DNA of 64,000 nt from contig MNCI01002109.1 in NCBI GenBank assembly GCA_015680685.1, positions 4,370-68,369 on the forward strand. Reading direction: 5' to 3'. The translations under genes were made by a program, and so were the position numbers. The notes under the pieces are model-generated. The model saw only the letters and a list, made by a program, of their open reading frames with translations. It ran no database searches and was not told the origin of the DNA. Source of the DNA: Gnetum montanum. Lineage: Eukaryota; Plantae; Gnetophyta. Positions 10,660 to 24,166 of this stretch are shown piece after piece (within the stretch, counting starts at the first letter, position 1; each line of letters starts with the position of its first letter).

Positions 10660-13600
10660 TAGCATGGTAGGAAAGGAGAGGGGAGCATGATCAAATCTTA
10701 GCACAAATATGCATTAGAAAAATTGCTACAATCAAGGTAAACAAATGAGAACATAGTCAACATTCTTGAAGATACAACTACCCTATAGTCTAAGTTGATT
10801 GGAACTAAGAAAATACTAGTGTTATTTGAAGCCTAATTGTAGGAAGCCAAACTAGATAAAAATTACAAGATGAAGTGGCCCAACTTTATGGTACACTTAA
10901 CAATCCCATGTGATCTGTTGCTCTTGAGTAGCTTGGCTAGTTCCATGTTGATGAGACTAAACACTTGATGGCCAAGCAATAGAAAGACTAAGTGGAAGAA
11001 GGAAAATTCAACATGGAATGCATCTCAATTAGATGAAAAACATGGATTGGAAAAGATAATTGTCATGTTGCAAGATGAGAATAAAGACATGATAGTAGAA
11101 AACTAGAGATGGACTCAAGTGGAAAAAGAAAAGGAACAAATGAAAGTAAGTGTAAGTCATCACCAAGAATAACAAGTCAAGATAAACTTGGAGATAAAGT
11201 TAGTCAGGGAGAACCATAACCTATCAATCGAAGAGTTTTGAGTGATTTATCATAGGTTCATGATCAAAATTGGAGTATAGTAAAATGAAGTTACAACATA
11301 AGATATTTTTAAGAAATACTACTAGTAAGGATCCCACATCAACATTTCAAGATTCCCTTAGAAAATTAAGATTAAAGAGTTAAAGGAAATAAGCATAATC
11401 AAGAAAAGAAACCTTCTTTATTTCATGCTAAAATTCAAAGTATAGTGTTGGAAACAAAAGCCTTCAAATAACTTCTAAAGATTATAATTACTCAAGGTAA
11501 GTATACAAAAAAATGACTCCATAAGAAGGAGACTATTGCACTTTTTTATAGCTCTCTCACACTTCCATGATAAGGAAAATATAGGGCATTGACATTAGAG
11601 ACCTTCTCTAGCTTTTATAACCTCATGGAAATCTTTGGACTTTCTTTTCACACATGTATCTTTATGAAAATTTGACTTTTTGTAGACTATGAGCTGTTGT
11701 GACTAGGACGAGCTAGCACTCTCAAGCTATGATAAGACTATAACTAGAGTTAACAATTGTAAGGACATTAATATTTTAACCTCTAATTACCATCAAATTG
11801 CAACTTTCATCTTCCTAGTACTTTTCCATTATGAGTAGACTACGACTCATAGTTCCTTGCACTAGTAAATCATTCGAGACTTCCCAAAAGTGAATTTTCT
11901 TTGATTGCCTATTTCTGCTACTAGTATGAGCCAATAATCAAGGACTATGAGCTATTGCAACTAGCATGAGCTAGTAGTCTCCAAATTTTGAGTGATTGTA
12001 ATTAGAAATCCTTGGTAGTAGCCTATCCAAAATATAAAAATCATTCAAATTACATCTAGATTGTCCCAAATTATTACCATAGACTCCCAATGACCTCTAA
12101 ATACACTAAGGATACAATTTACATCAAAGAGATAAGTTGATTTCCTCATCAATTATAAAGATTAGGTTAACCTATAGAAAGAAATTAATGAAAAAAAAGA
12201 TCAAAATGACCAAAACCCAACTGAATGCCACATTGCAACAATCATCACACATTGTCTAGAAGAGCATCGTTAATCGAATCAATGTAATGAACTAAGTGAA
12301 ATCAAAATGAATGAAAGAGTTGTAGATCGAGAAGATGACTTACTACATGAAGCTAGCTAACCTTCATTACATCAATCTCATCATGTTGATAGTTAGTAGG
12401 CCTAGAGAAGTAGCTTGCCACCATGTTTGTGCTTTAGAAATGTGAGTTTCAACTTCATGACAAGACCAAGTAGAAATTGCAATCAACAAGTGTGGAGTTG
12501 GTGGTTCTCAAAGCACAATACATTGGTCAAAGAGATGTTGCAAAATACTTGATAAAAAGAATGGCTAACTACCAGGAGATCAAGAAATGATTATAAGTGT
12601 TTGAGGTTGATCTTACTGCTTTTGCCATCTAGTTCATTCAAAACTGGTAAAATGTTTTTCAAACTACTATATTTTTGGAATGTCCTAATGAGTGATAACT
12701 TGGCCAAGCTTACTTGGACTATAGGTGATCCACAAATCAATGATGAGAAATTCATAATGCTCTTATGATATTTCTGCATGAAGGGATAAATGCTAGCCAA
12801 ATGATTGCAAGAGCCACCAAGACCTAAGTAGTCACCACTACCAAAGACAACCTAAAGATTCTTCAATGGAAGTTTTAAAGATTCTTGCAAATTTTATAAT
12901 TTTTTATACTTGTTTAAAGTTTTGTCAATATTTTGTAGCCACTCAAATAAAATTTTGTAATACAACACTCAGTCATCTAACTAGTCATCTATCTATTTGT
13001 TAGTATCACTCATAGTTTTGTTACAAACTTTGTCCTAATTTTGTTTAAATTGAGGACAAGTTTTTATTGAGTCAAGAGGGTATGATGAATAGTTAATTGG
13101 CTAACTATGATATCGCAAATCATAATGGTTAGTTATGCCTATAAATACTACCCACATACTACATATATGACATCATAAATGTAGTAGGTAGCCAAGCTCT
13201 TACAATTTCATTTTTGGATTCTTAGTAGCATTCATCGAGTGCTTGTAGTATAGTTATGAATTGATTGTCTAGAGTCTTTATTCAAGTGGAATGTACCTTA
13301 ACACATTTCATGAGCAACAATAAATATTGAAATTGATTTCATACCATTGTAGTAGTCTAACTTAGATTAGATTTCATTTTTGGTATTTATTTTCTGATGT
13401 TTATTTACTACTTTCCTAGCATAGCATTTACAATTTCATACACATTAAATCATGGTGGAATGAATGTGATCAACTTTGAGCATAAACACGTAATTGCTTA
13501 GTAATGTCAACAATTTTAGTACTTGGTTTGTCCAATAGCATAGTTTTTGGTAATCTCAATAGTGGGTATGTGAGTTCAAGATGTGTATGATAAGTTGGGA

Positions 13601-13901
13601 ATGAACACTTATCATCCTAGACTAGAATAGAATTTATTTTATTGCTTATTAGTTTAATTGAATAATTTTTCCATTTTTAATTAGTTTAATGAATGATCAA
13701 AAAATATCACAATCATACATCTTACCTTGACTAAACCATACATAATAGAGCCACTACTAGTCCAAGTGAAAATACAATGATCTGCAATTATCCACCAACT
13801 TTCTAAACAATAACAATAGTACCATCCATGGATTATGACATGGTTTACCTCAATGATTGTAGATTGTATGATGGAATGTTGGACATACTCACTACCCATC
13901 A
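10660..13901 (+). mobile_element. 3' part of an Athila-like element: decayed coiled-coil accessory ORF, PPT, 3' LTR
   Basis: 12180-12860 is homologous to the C-terminal part of the accessory ORFs at 31640-32290 and 40070-40740. PPT agtcaagagggta at 13070-13082. Confidence 0.75.
13083..13901 (+). repeat. 3' LTR (819 bp)
   Basis: tgatgaat...cccatca, TATA ctataaata at about 13139, similar to the other LTRs, not followed by a PBS. Confidence 0.8.
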
Positions 13902-14099
13902 CTTGGCTTTTCATGAGCTACACAAATTTTCTAAACACGCTCAAGGTTGTTATCCACCATGAAGATATCCACCTTGAAGTAGAAATACCATCTATAATTT
14001 TAATATATTGTAATTTAAAGCATTCAAAACTTGACTCTCAAGCTATGTACATAAGTTCTCACCTTCATCACAACTATATAAAATTCTTTTTGCTATTTC

Positions 14100-15620
14100 T
14101 TCTTAGAAGCCACTCTTAATTTCAAAAGTTACTCACCATCCTACTCTAATATATGTTAAGTTTCCAAGTGGTTTAGTGTAGTAACCTTTTGATGAGACAA
14201 ATGGAAATTTTGATCACTCTATGCATCCATATCCAACTTTTGGAGGTTATTTAAGTCATGTGAAATGATGTCTCTGAGTTAAGACGCTATAACCAAACAT
14301 AACATCATAGAAACAATTAACAATATTATTAATGAATTTATTCATGATTTAATTAAGACATTGATTACTTCTTTACCATGGTGGTGGTAGCATTGTCACA
14401 ATGATAGTAGAATAATGATGACATTGAATACAATGACAAAAAGATTGAAAAAACAAAAAAAGGAAATGAAAAGTTTAAATATCTTTAATATTGACAACCT
14501 TCAAAGTTATTCTGCTTAGGTGATTTCTAGCTTTTGGTATTGACAATAAGCCTTTGACTATTTATTTCTCTAATAGAATTCATAGATTAGTTAAAGAAAA
14601 ATTGCTATATCTTGATCAAATTTTTTCTTATAACATGTAAAATCATTATATTAAAACATCAGTCAACATAGTTATTTTCTTTGTTATGACCAAGATTTGT
14701 TTCAGCATGTTTATTGGAATTGCGATTTAACTTCAAAAATATATATGTTTCTTTTATGTTTATTTGATATTAGACTCCCAGTATTCATCTAGGTTTTATT
14801 TTGCTCCAAGATATAGTTGTTAATGTGAAAAAGAAAATGGTATATTCTATTAATGAAAGCTTGTATTTTATATAGAGGTATCATTATCAAGCTTAGTACA
14901 ATAACAAATCTTTTCCTAATTTCAAAAATAGTATGAAAGCTTCAAATATTTCATCACTTACTCTTCAATGTGAAGCTTCAAAAGGCCTTTTAACAATTGA
15001 TTTATCAAAATGACTTAAAAAAGTCAACTAATCTGCTAGTTTTTTTTTTCTTTTTGATATTACTGATAAGAAAGGATTCTTTTAACTAAAAATCATTCTA
15101 GAGGGTGCATTTACTTCATTTTTAAATTGACTATTAAACACTATTAAAGTGTTTCCTTTAGAAATGATTCAAAAAATTTATGTTAATGGAGAAAATAGTG
15201 AATGTAAAGGGTTACAAGGAACTGATAGTGACTTTGATGCAACAAAATGTTGTTCCTCATTAAACCTTCAGTGGATATGTTTTGCAAAAGAAATACTCTT
15301 GTATAGCTACAACTAAAAAAGCAAATGAATTTATCTTTTTTAATTTAAAAATAATGATTAACAAAACATGGATAAATGACTCTATTTGGTGAAGGAAATC
15401 AAAAATAGACTTATTACTCATTTAAGAATCAAGTTTGGCAATTCATGTAATTCATGTTTAATCCTCTTGTCCAAATGTTAAAGATATTTGCACACATATC
15501 TACTAGTTTATATTAACCATCTCATCATGAACTTTATTTCTAGAATGTCAAAATAATATGCATTTAAGAAAGGACAACATACTTAACAACTTTGTTGCCT
15601 AAAGCTACCACAAAAATTTA
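14100..15620 (+). mobile_element. Possible decayed LINE (L1-like) 3' remnant
   Basis: CYDQDLFQHVYWNCDLTSKIY and KWYILLMKACILY resemble the post-RT zinc-binding region. HLRKDNILNNFVA resembles an RNase H C-terminus. Heavily broken. Confidence 0.4.
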
Positions 15621-15794
15621 ATCATGTTGGTAAATTCATCTTGGTGACTTTTATCTCATTTATGATCAGTTCACTATTAAGTGAGGCCAATGATTTGATG
15701 ATAATTAATGTATGAATAATGCTATAATTATATCATATGAATTAAGAAGCACCACTTGGAGTGATGGTAAGTTACTTATCTTTCAAGTCGTACA

Positions 15795-18450
15795 AAACCA
15801 AACGTTGCCCAAATAGGCCCTCAAGACCAAATGTTGTCCAAATGGATGCTTGGAACCAGTTGTAGGCAAAATAGATCCTAAGGATCAAATGTTATCCAAA
15901 TGGACCCTCAGGACCAAGGGTTAACCCAATGGAACCCCTAGACATTTTTTTGGCCACATGGACCCTTGGGACCAAGGGTTGGTCCATCGGACCCTCGATA
16001 CCAAGTGTTGGACAAATGGACCCTAAGGGTTGAGTGTTGGCCAAATGAACCCTCGGCATTAAGTGTAGGCAAAACGGACCCTTGGAACCAAATTTATAAC
16101 GGTGCAAGATGGTATGGTGGAGCTTGGGTTGGCAAAATAGACCCTTGGGACCAACTATAGGCTAGACAAACCCTCAGGTCCAACTATAGGCAGAATAGAC
16201 CCTTGGGACCAAGGGTTGGCCCAATAGACCCTTGGGATCAACCATTCACCAAACAAATCCTTAGGATCAACTGTAGGAAAAAAAAACCCTCAAGACCAAC
16301 CAAGTGTTAGCCCCATGATTCCTCATGACCAAGACTTGGCCCAATGAACCCTCGAGACCCAGTGTTGGCCAAATGGACCAAGGGTTGGTCTAATGGACCC
16401 TTGGGACCAAGTGTTGGCTAGATGGACCCTCAAGACTAAGTGTTGGCCAAACTCATCCTCTAGACCAAAGGTTGGCCTAAAAAATCCTTGGTACCATGTG
16501 CTAGCTAAACTCACCCTTGGGACCAAACATTTCCTCGATAGACGGACCCTCAAGACCAACCATAGGCAAAACGGACCCTCAGGACCAAGTGTCAGTGGAA
16601 ATGGAACCCTCGAGACCAAGTGTAGGCAAGATAGACCCTTAGGACCAAGTGTTGGCAAAATAGACCCTCGAGACCAAGTGTATGCAAAATGGACCCTCGA
16701 GATTAAGGGTTGGCCAAAAAGACCCTTGGGACCAATCATTGGCAAAATGGACCCTCAGGACCAACTATAGACAAAATAGATCCTCTGGACAAAGTGTTGG
16801 CCACACGGACCCTCGAGACCAAATGTTGGCAAAAGGGACCCTTAGGACCAAGTGTATGCAAAATGGATTCTCAAGACCAAATGTATGCAAATTGCACCCT
16901 CGGGACTAAGGGTTGGCCAAATAGACCCTTGGGATTAATCATTGGCAAAATGGACCCTCAAGACCAATTGCAAGTAAAGCAGACCCTTTGGACAAAGTGT
17001 TGGCCACACAAACCCTAGGGACCAAATGTTGGCAAAAGGGACCCTTAAGACCAAGTGTATGCAAAATAGAACCTTGAGACCAAATTTTTCCCAAATGGAT
17101 CCTCAGGACCAAAGGTTGATCCAATGGACCCTTGAGACCAAGGTTTGGCCCAACAGACCCTGGGGCCAAGTGTTGGCCAAATGGATCCTCAAGACCAAGT
17201 GTAGGTAAAATGGACCCCTGGGACAAAATTTATAAGGATGCAGGATGATATGAAGGAGCATGGGTTGGCAAAATAGACCCTCGAGACCAACTGTTGGCTA
17301 GATAGACCCTCAAGGTTGACTATAGGCAAAATGGATCCTCATGACCAACTACTCGCCTAATGGACTCTCAGGACCAACTGTAGGAAAAATAGATCCTTTG
17401 GACCAACCAAGTGTATGGACCCTCAAGACCAAATGTTGGCAAAATGGACCCTTAGGACCAAGTGTATGTGAAATGGACCCTTGAGACCAAATGCCATCCA
17501 AACAAACCCTTGGTACCAAAATGTTGATCCAAAAAACCCTCCAAACAAAGAGTTGGCCACACGAACCCTTGGCACCAAGGGTTGGCCCAATGTACCCTTA
17601 GTACCAAGTGTTGGCAAAATGGATCCTTGTGGCCAAGTGTTGGTACAATGGATCCTTAGGACCAAGTGTAGGCAAAATGGATCCTTGGGACCAAATTTAT
17701 AAGGGTGTAGGATGGTATGGTGGAGCCTAGGTTGGCCCAACGGATCCTTAGGACCAAGGGTTGGCCCAATAGACCCTCAGGACCAAGTGTTGGCCAAATG
17801 AACCCTCAAGATCAACCATTCACCAAACAGCCCCTTGGGACCAACCGCTTGACTAACGAATTCTTAGGACCAACTATAGGCAAAATAGACCCTTAGGACC
17901 AACCAAGTGTTGGCCCCACGATCCCTCGGGACTAAGGTTTGGCTAAATAGACCCTTGGGACCAAGTGTTGGCCAAACAGACCAAGGGTTGGCCCAATGGA
18001 CCCTCAGGACCAACTATATGAAAAATAGACCATTAAGACCAAAGGTTGGCCCAATGGACCCTCAGGACCAACTATATGAAAAATAGACCCTTAAGACCAA
18101 AGGTTGGCCCAATGGACCCTTGGGATCAAGTGTTCGCCAAACTCACCCTTAGGATCAAAGGTTGGTCCAATGGACCCTTAGGACCAAGTGTTGGCCAAAC
18201 TGACCCTTAGGAGTAATTGTAGGTAAAATGAACCCTTGAGATAAATTGTTGGCAAAATAGACCCTTGGGATTAAAGGTTGGTCCAATGGACCCACTAAAC
18301 AAAGTGTTGGCCACATGGACCCTTGGGACCAAGTGTTGGCCAAATAAGCCCTCGCAACCAAGTGTTGGCCAAATGGACCCTTAGGCCCAATTGTAGCCAA
18401 AAAAAATCCTTGGGATTGATGGTTGGCCCAAGAGACCCTCAGGACCAAAT
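15795..18450. repeat. Tandem satellite, 29-bp unit, roughly 85-90 copies
   Basis: Units such as gaccaagtgttggctagatggaccctcaa and gactaagtgttggccaaactcatcctcta. Inferred ancestral consensus GGACCCTCGGGACCAAGTGTCGGCCAAAC. Confidence 0.95.
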
Positions 18451-18499
18451 TTATAAGGTTGTAGGATGGTATGGTGGAGCCTGGCCAAATCAACATATA

Positions 18500-19395
18500 T
18501 GGGGAGAGGTAGCATTCTCCTTGAGAGCACCACACAATTCTCTTGCAAGAGTGCTCTACATGGGAGCACCTCACATAACTTCACTTGTAAGAGTGTTGTC
18601 CTAAGAGTGCCTCACGCTGTGCATGTGATAGTGTTCTCTCTAGGAGCATCCTCCCTAAGAGAGCCTTACGCTGTGCATGTGAGAGCATCCCCATTGAGAC
18701 TGTTCTCCCTAAGAGTGCCCTTCCTCAGAACACCCTTCTTGAATGTGTTCTCCCAGAGATAACCTTCTCTAAGAGCATTCTCCCTAAGAACGCCCTCCTT
18801 GAGAATTCCATCCCTAAGCATGTGTTCTCTAAAAGCATTCTCCCTAAGTGTGTTCTCCATGAGAGTGCCCTTCCTAAGTGTGTTCTCCCTGAGAGTTCTC
18901 CTTGAGAGTGTCCTTCGTAAGAGTGTTTTCCCTGAGAGTTCCCTCTTTTAGAATGCCCTCCCTGAGAGTATCCTCCCTAATAGTTCCTTCCCTGAGAATG
19001 CTCTCCTTGAGAGCACCCTTCCTAAGAGTGCCCTCCCTAGGAGCATTCTTCCTAAGAGCACCCTCCCTGATAGCATTCTCCTTGAGATAGCCCTTCACAA
19101 GCGCGTTCTCCTTAAGAGTTTCCTCTTGCACACCAAATTTATAATGGTGTAGGATAGTATGGTAGAGCTTGGTCCAATCAACATATATGGGGAGAGGTAG
19201 TGTTCTCCCAAAGAACTCTGCATGGTGCTCTCACGAGAGTGCTCTCCATGGGAGCACCTCGCATAGCTATGCTAGTGAAAGCACTCTCTCAAGAGCACCT
19301 CATGTTGCACTTGCAAGAGTGTTCTCCCTAGGAGTGCCTCATGTTGTGCATGTGTTAGTGTTCTCTCTGAGAGCATCCTCCTTAAGAGCATCTTG
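18500..19395. repeat. Tandem minisatellite, 15-bp unit (gagagtg(t/c)(t/c)ctccct), within a duplicated module of about 250 bp
   Basis: Directly visible, and produces LRENA/LREGT pentapeptide ORFs. Module copies start at about 18448 and 19135. Confidence 0.9.
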
Positions 19396-19830
19396 TGCTT
19401 GATACCCTTCCTAGATCTGGTCCAACTACATTCTCCTTAAGGTAGTTTAGAGCATGTTAAGTGCTGCACGTTCTAGAGGTAGGACTATGTTGCCTTGTAT
19501 GTTCCTCCTTCTCATTTTATCATCTAGATGAAAGATGAAAGTGAATTCTAGATGATAAGGATCACTATGAGCATAAGTAATTCTTATTTGCATTGCCATT
19601 CCCCATTCTTCTTCATCAATGATCTATCGTTGCTTTTTCTTGTCTCCTTGGTAAGTGGTGATGTGTCTTTGTTTGAGATCATGTTTATGACTTAAGATGT
19701 TGGTTAAGTATGCATAGCTTATTTATGATTATTAAAAATATTAATATTTTGACTATGGGTTTTTGATATAATGAACTTTGAAAAATTAATTACTAAGCAT
19801 ACTTTGACTTATCCCTGGCAAGGACGTCAA

Positions 19831-20742
19831 TGATAAGTAGTGAAGTAATTCAACATCCAACCATATGAGATATGAGTGTTCACATGTAGCCTAGTCAAAT
19901 TTCATGGATAAGCCAATGTAATTATGCTAGTAATTGATTTGAGTTCATGATCATTATCTTTCCATGCAAGCTAGTAAAATCAATGCATATTGTTTAACTC
20001 ATAGTGAGTTGTATGATAATTGATGTTGTATTAGCCATTGTAGTTCTAGTAAATGTAAGATATATGAAAGTGATTTCTAAGTCTAAGTAAATAGAAAATG
20101 AGTCTAATTTAGCCTAGGAAATGGACATCCATTTATGACTCTCTACACACATCTTGGACTTATGTAATCGTTACTGGGATTACCATGTATCTCGCTACTG
20201 GGTGAACCAAGCGATAATACTATTAGATTATCAAATGATCACACTTCATGCTTGGGATCAGTCATATCCATTCCTTTTAATAATAGTAAAAGTAAAGTTC
20301 ATGGAAAATTAAATCAATAACTAGGAAAATAGTAAATTTTATACTAAGTTAAAATAGTAAACATTAGTCTAAGTTAATAGTAAAGAAATCTAAGTGATGC
20401 TACAATGATGCAAAGTAATATTGATCTTTATTTATGATTGTGAAACATGTCAAAGTACATTCCACTTGGAGAAAACTTTGTTCAATCACTTAACATTACA
20501 TTTTAGACATACACTGCTAAGTGCTAAGTGCTAAAATCAAGAAAAAAAACTAACAGATTGTGCTAGGGTTGGACTAAAACTACTATTGGAGTGTGTACCC
20601 AAGTGTTGTATTTATAGGCCTATACGTGTCCACAATATCCGATATCTGACATCATAGCTTGTGCCTTGATATCAAGGATCTGATATCACAGCTCTAATAT
20701 TAGATACTCAATATTGTAGCTAACAAAAAATGTAACTTATCA
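19831..20742 (-). repeat. LTR (912 bp) shared between two internal regions
   Basis: tgataag...cttatca termini, gatatc motifs and ctataaata. Confidence 0.85.
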
Positions 20743-20946
20743 TACCCCCACAAATGACTGAAGACTTGTCCTCAAGTTAAAACAAAATGACGATGAAGTT
20801 CCTTACAAAATTGGGAGGTAGATTTTCATGACACTGACTACTATGTACATAACTCTTAATTACCATAGTGGTGTTTATAAAAATGACATAAAACATGACA
20901 TGATAACTTTAACAAAAATAAAATTTTGGTGAAGCTTGATGTAGTC

Positions 20947-23666
20947 TTATGTAGTTCCAAGCGGTGGTGGCTTCTCCATTCATTGCTTCCCCTTGTAATT
21001 AGGCTTCTAAAATCTATATTCATTTAAGAGTGCTTGAAGCTTCTCTTCTTCCGTTCTTGGATCATGCACCATTCATGCTTGTTGTGCAATGTGCGATGGA
21101 GTGGATACATCCCATGGGCACTACAATTATGAAAACATTTGATTTGATTTGATGTACTAGGCTACGAACTGCCTTCTTTCTTCTTCAAAAGCTCTAGGCT
21201 TTCACATTGTTCATGATAATCTGTCAATCTTGTAGTTAGGTTTTATGCTACATCTTTTTGCCCTTGATAGCCATCCTTCATTACTTATAGTTTAAAGTTT
21301 TCCACTTGGAGTTTCTACAAAGTGTCTTTACAATCCGCAAACTCTTTTTCATATAGAGCATATGTGGTTGCTACTTTCTATTCTAATTCATTCCTAGGCC
21401 TACCTGCTTTCAACATGGCTAAGTTAGAATAATGAAGGTTATCTAAATCCATGTACACTTTCATATCTTCAATCTATAGGCATTTATTTTTCACTTCCAC
21501 TTAGTGGACAAGGGCATAACTATCCAAGATGGGTTACTAGTTAGGATTCTATGTTGCTGATTCTGGCTTTGATCATCTAGATCTCTTTCTAATTAATTTG
21601 CTTGTACATGCCCACCTGATCATGGAAGTGTTCCTTGAGCCTTTTGTGTTTCATTACCTCATTTTTTCATATGCTTATTTCAATGGCTAACTTTTGTCAA
21701 ATGGCATGTACCTCCTCGATTAATAGGATTCTATTCTCTCTTGTGAGGCAACTCATGTCTTGGTTGATCCTTACCAACTATTCTTTCAATTGGTGGATGC
21801 TCTATTCTAAGATGTTTTTCTACTTTACACCATGATCAACCTCATGTTATCAACAAAAAGTTATTTATTTTCTTCTTGAACTATGGTAAGTTCCTTCACA
21901 TGTGCATATGTTTGTGCTTCAACTATGAAGGCATTCCATACTGCTTTCTCCTTCTCTATTGCCATCTATTTATTCTGCTTGATCAAGTAATTTATATACT
22001 CTCTTTTGAACTATTCTATTTGGTTAGGTGCAGTGAGTTGTGTAGGATCTCTATGTTTAGCTCTCAGGGTTGTAAGCTCTTGTTGTAATCTCAAAATTTC
22101 ATTTTTTCCATGCTCTATGCTTGTCTTTGCCATGATCAATTTTCCTTTAGTAGTGATGAGCTCAAAATGTACTATAGTGACATCACTGAGATGTCAAAAA
22201 GTGTTGTCATGGCTTGCCTAGCCTATAGTGAGCACATCCTCATAATTAGTAGGAATCATCAAGGTTTTGGCTAACATTTGAACATCTCTATCTTTAGTTA
22301 GATCTGCCAATGGCACAATAGGTACATTGAAATATTTTTCTAATGTGATTGGTAATCACCTTTGCTACTTCCACTACATCTTGGTGCTACATTACCACTA
22401 CTGTGACTTCTTCTCTAGTCTCAAGCATCACTTGGAATGATGTAGTATTCCCAAAGATCTATTGTGAGCATTACACCTCTCCTCCTGACTATAGTGAGAT
22501 TTGTCCACTTGTTGAATTTGCTGAAAGTATGGGCTAGATGGAATTGTTAATAACTCTATAAAGATTAGCCTCCTCCCTTGTTCCCTAGCTAATGATTTCT
22601 ACAGTTTGTTGCAAATGACTTATTGACAATCTAGAATCTTGTAGTTGTGGTGATGGAACTTGCTATTGTTGTTATTCTTGTTGTTGCTATTGCTTTTGTT
22701 TCTCCTATTGTTTCTCTTTCTCTTGTTCTTGTTCTTTCCCTTGATCTTTCCTGGGTGACACCTATTTAAGTAATTCAACATATGAAGCATTTTGGATTGT
22801 CCTGGGAATTTCATTGGTGTATTCTAGGATTTTAGCTTGCTTGCACAACTTTCTAATAAGCTAGGAAAATGGAAGTCTTGGCTTTTCTACCTTACTTTCT
22901 TCAAACTGCCTTTGAATTATCATAAAGTAGAGTTGTGCAAGGTTGGCATTGTATTTTCCCATCAACTTCACACTTCCTCTAAGTACATAAGTGGATAGTC
23001 AATTGAGTCCTTTTGTTGGGAACATGTGATAAGTGCCAATCTTGAAGTAGATTCTTTCTTCCAAAGTTAGATCATTATAGCCCTTATCCTCTTTTCCATA
23101 TGCTCATTTCAGCCATAGTTTTCTAGTTTCAAGATCTAATTAAGTGGACATATGCACTAAGCTTGCTACTTCATTGGGTATATTTAGAGCTTCTACAATT
23201 TCCTTGATCAAGAATGAAATTGATATTCCTCTAATGTTAACTATTGTACCCTCTTACTTGTGCTGCTAAAATTGGTAAGTTTTCTAAAGGTATCGTTCAT
23301 CACTATCAAATGGGATAGGCCATAATGTTGACACCTTAAGTTGTGTCTTTACTACATTTGGCTTATATTTAATGAATAGCTATGGTCAAAGTTAATCTCC
23401 ACAATAACTATGGTCAAGATGGATCTTTCTTGAATAGCTTGGAGGTAGTCCTATGGCAACATGAGTTGTTGTCCTTGCATTAGTGGTTCTTCTACCTCTC
23501 CTTGGGCCAGTTGTCCCATAGCAGGAGTCTCTTGATGAAAAGTAAATGATTGGGCTTCCTACAACTCATGTTTTAATCCTTATCATCTAGTTCGGCCTCT
23601 ACCTTAGCCTATTGGTCTCTTACTTGAACCTTGTGAAGGTCCTTGTGCTCCTCTCTTTGGGACCAT
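20947..23666 (-). pseudogene. Accessory (env-position) ORF, about 900 codons, decayed
   Basis: Starts MVPKRG after tgattgcag, collinear with the copies at 29567 and 37984, has a Q/E-rich tract. Confidence 0.8.
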
Positions 23667-23689
23667 CTGCAATCATTAAGGAATTGGGA

Positions 23690-24166
23690 ATCATTTGAAG
23701 GCATTCTCTAATTTTTATAACTCCCTTCATTTCTCATATATTTGGGGAATTAACTTCATGGGCCCCATCATGCCAATGTCAAATGGAATGTCCTACATCA
23801 TAGTAACTATTGATTATTGTACAAGGTGGGCAAAAGCAGTTACAATAAAAGATTATATAATCACAAAAAACTACAAAATTATTTCAACCACATGTGATGA
23901 ATAGATTTGGAGTACTATTCATGCTTATATCAAATAACAAAACTCACTTCATAGTAGCTAAATTTAAGAAGCTAATTCAACAACTTGGGATTAATCACAA
24001 ACTAATTACACCTTATCACCTCCAAGCAAATGATCAAGTAAAAGTGACTAATCAAGAAATCACAAGAATATTAATTAGAATAGTTAGTTGTTATAGGAAG
24101 GATTAGAGTAATAAACTCAATGATTCTCTATGGGCATATATATCAACTTGAAAACTTCATATAGGA
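23690..24166 (+). pseudogene. Integrase core fragment of an older Athila-like copy (continues at 33353)
   Basis: IWGINFMGP...IIVTIDYCTRWAKA, NRFGV..MLISNNKTHF, HKLITPYHLQANDQVKVTNQEI (rve motifs). Confidence 0.9.

Larger units (their letters stand above)
19396..23680 (-). mobile_element. Athila-like tandem junction: accessory ORF - PPT - LTR - PBS - leader/gag start
   Basis: On the minus strand PPT agtcatttgtgggggta precedes LTR 20742-19831. The LTR is followed by degenerate PBS tgacgtccttgccaggga and leader ORF IQGNIVLPLE. Confidence 0.85.

Noticed and set aside
15795-18450. CRISPR-like array or repeat-protein ORFs
   Set aside because: Contiguous degenerate 29-mers without unique spacers, no cas genes, eukaryotic context. 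The overlapping ORFs on both strands are by-products of the repeat.
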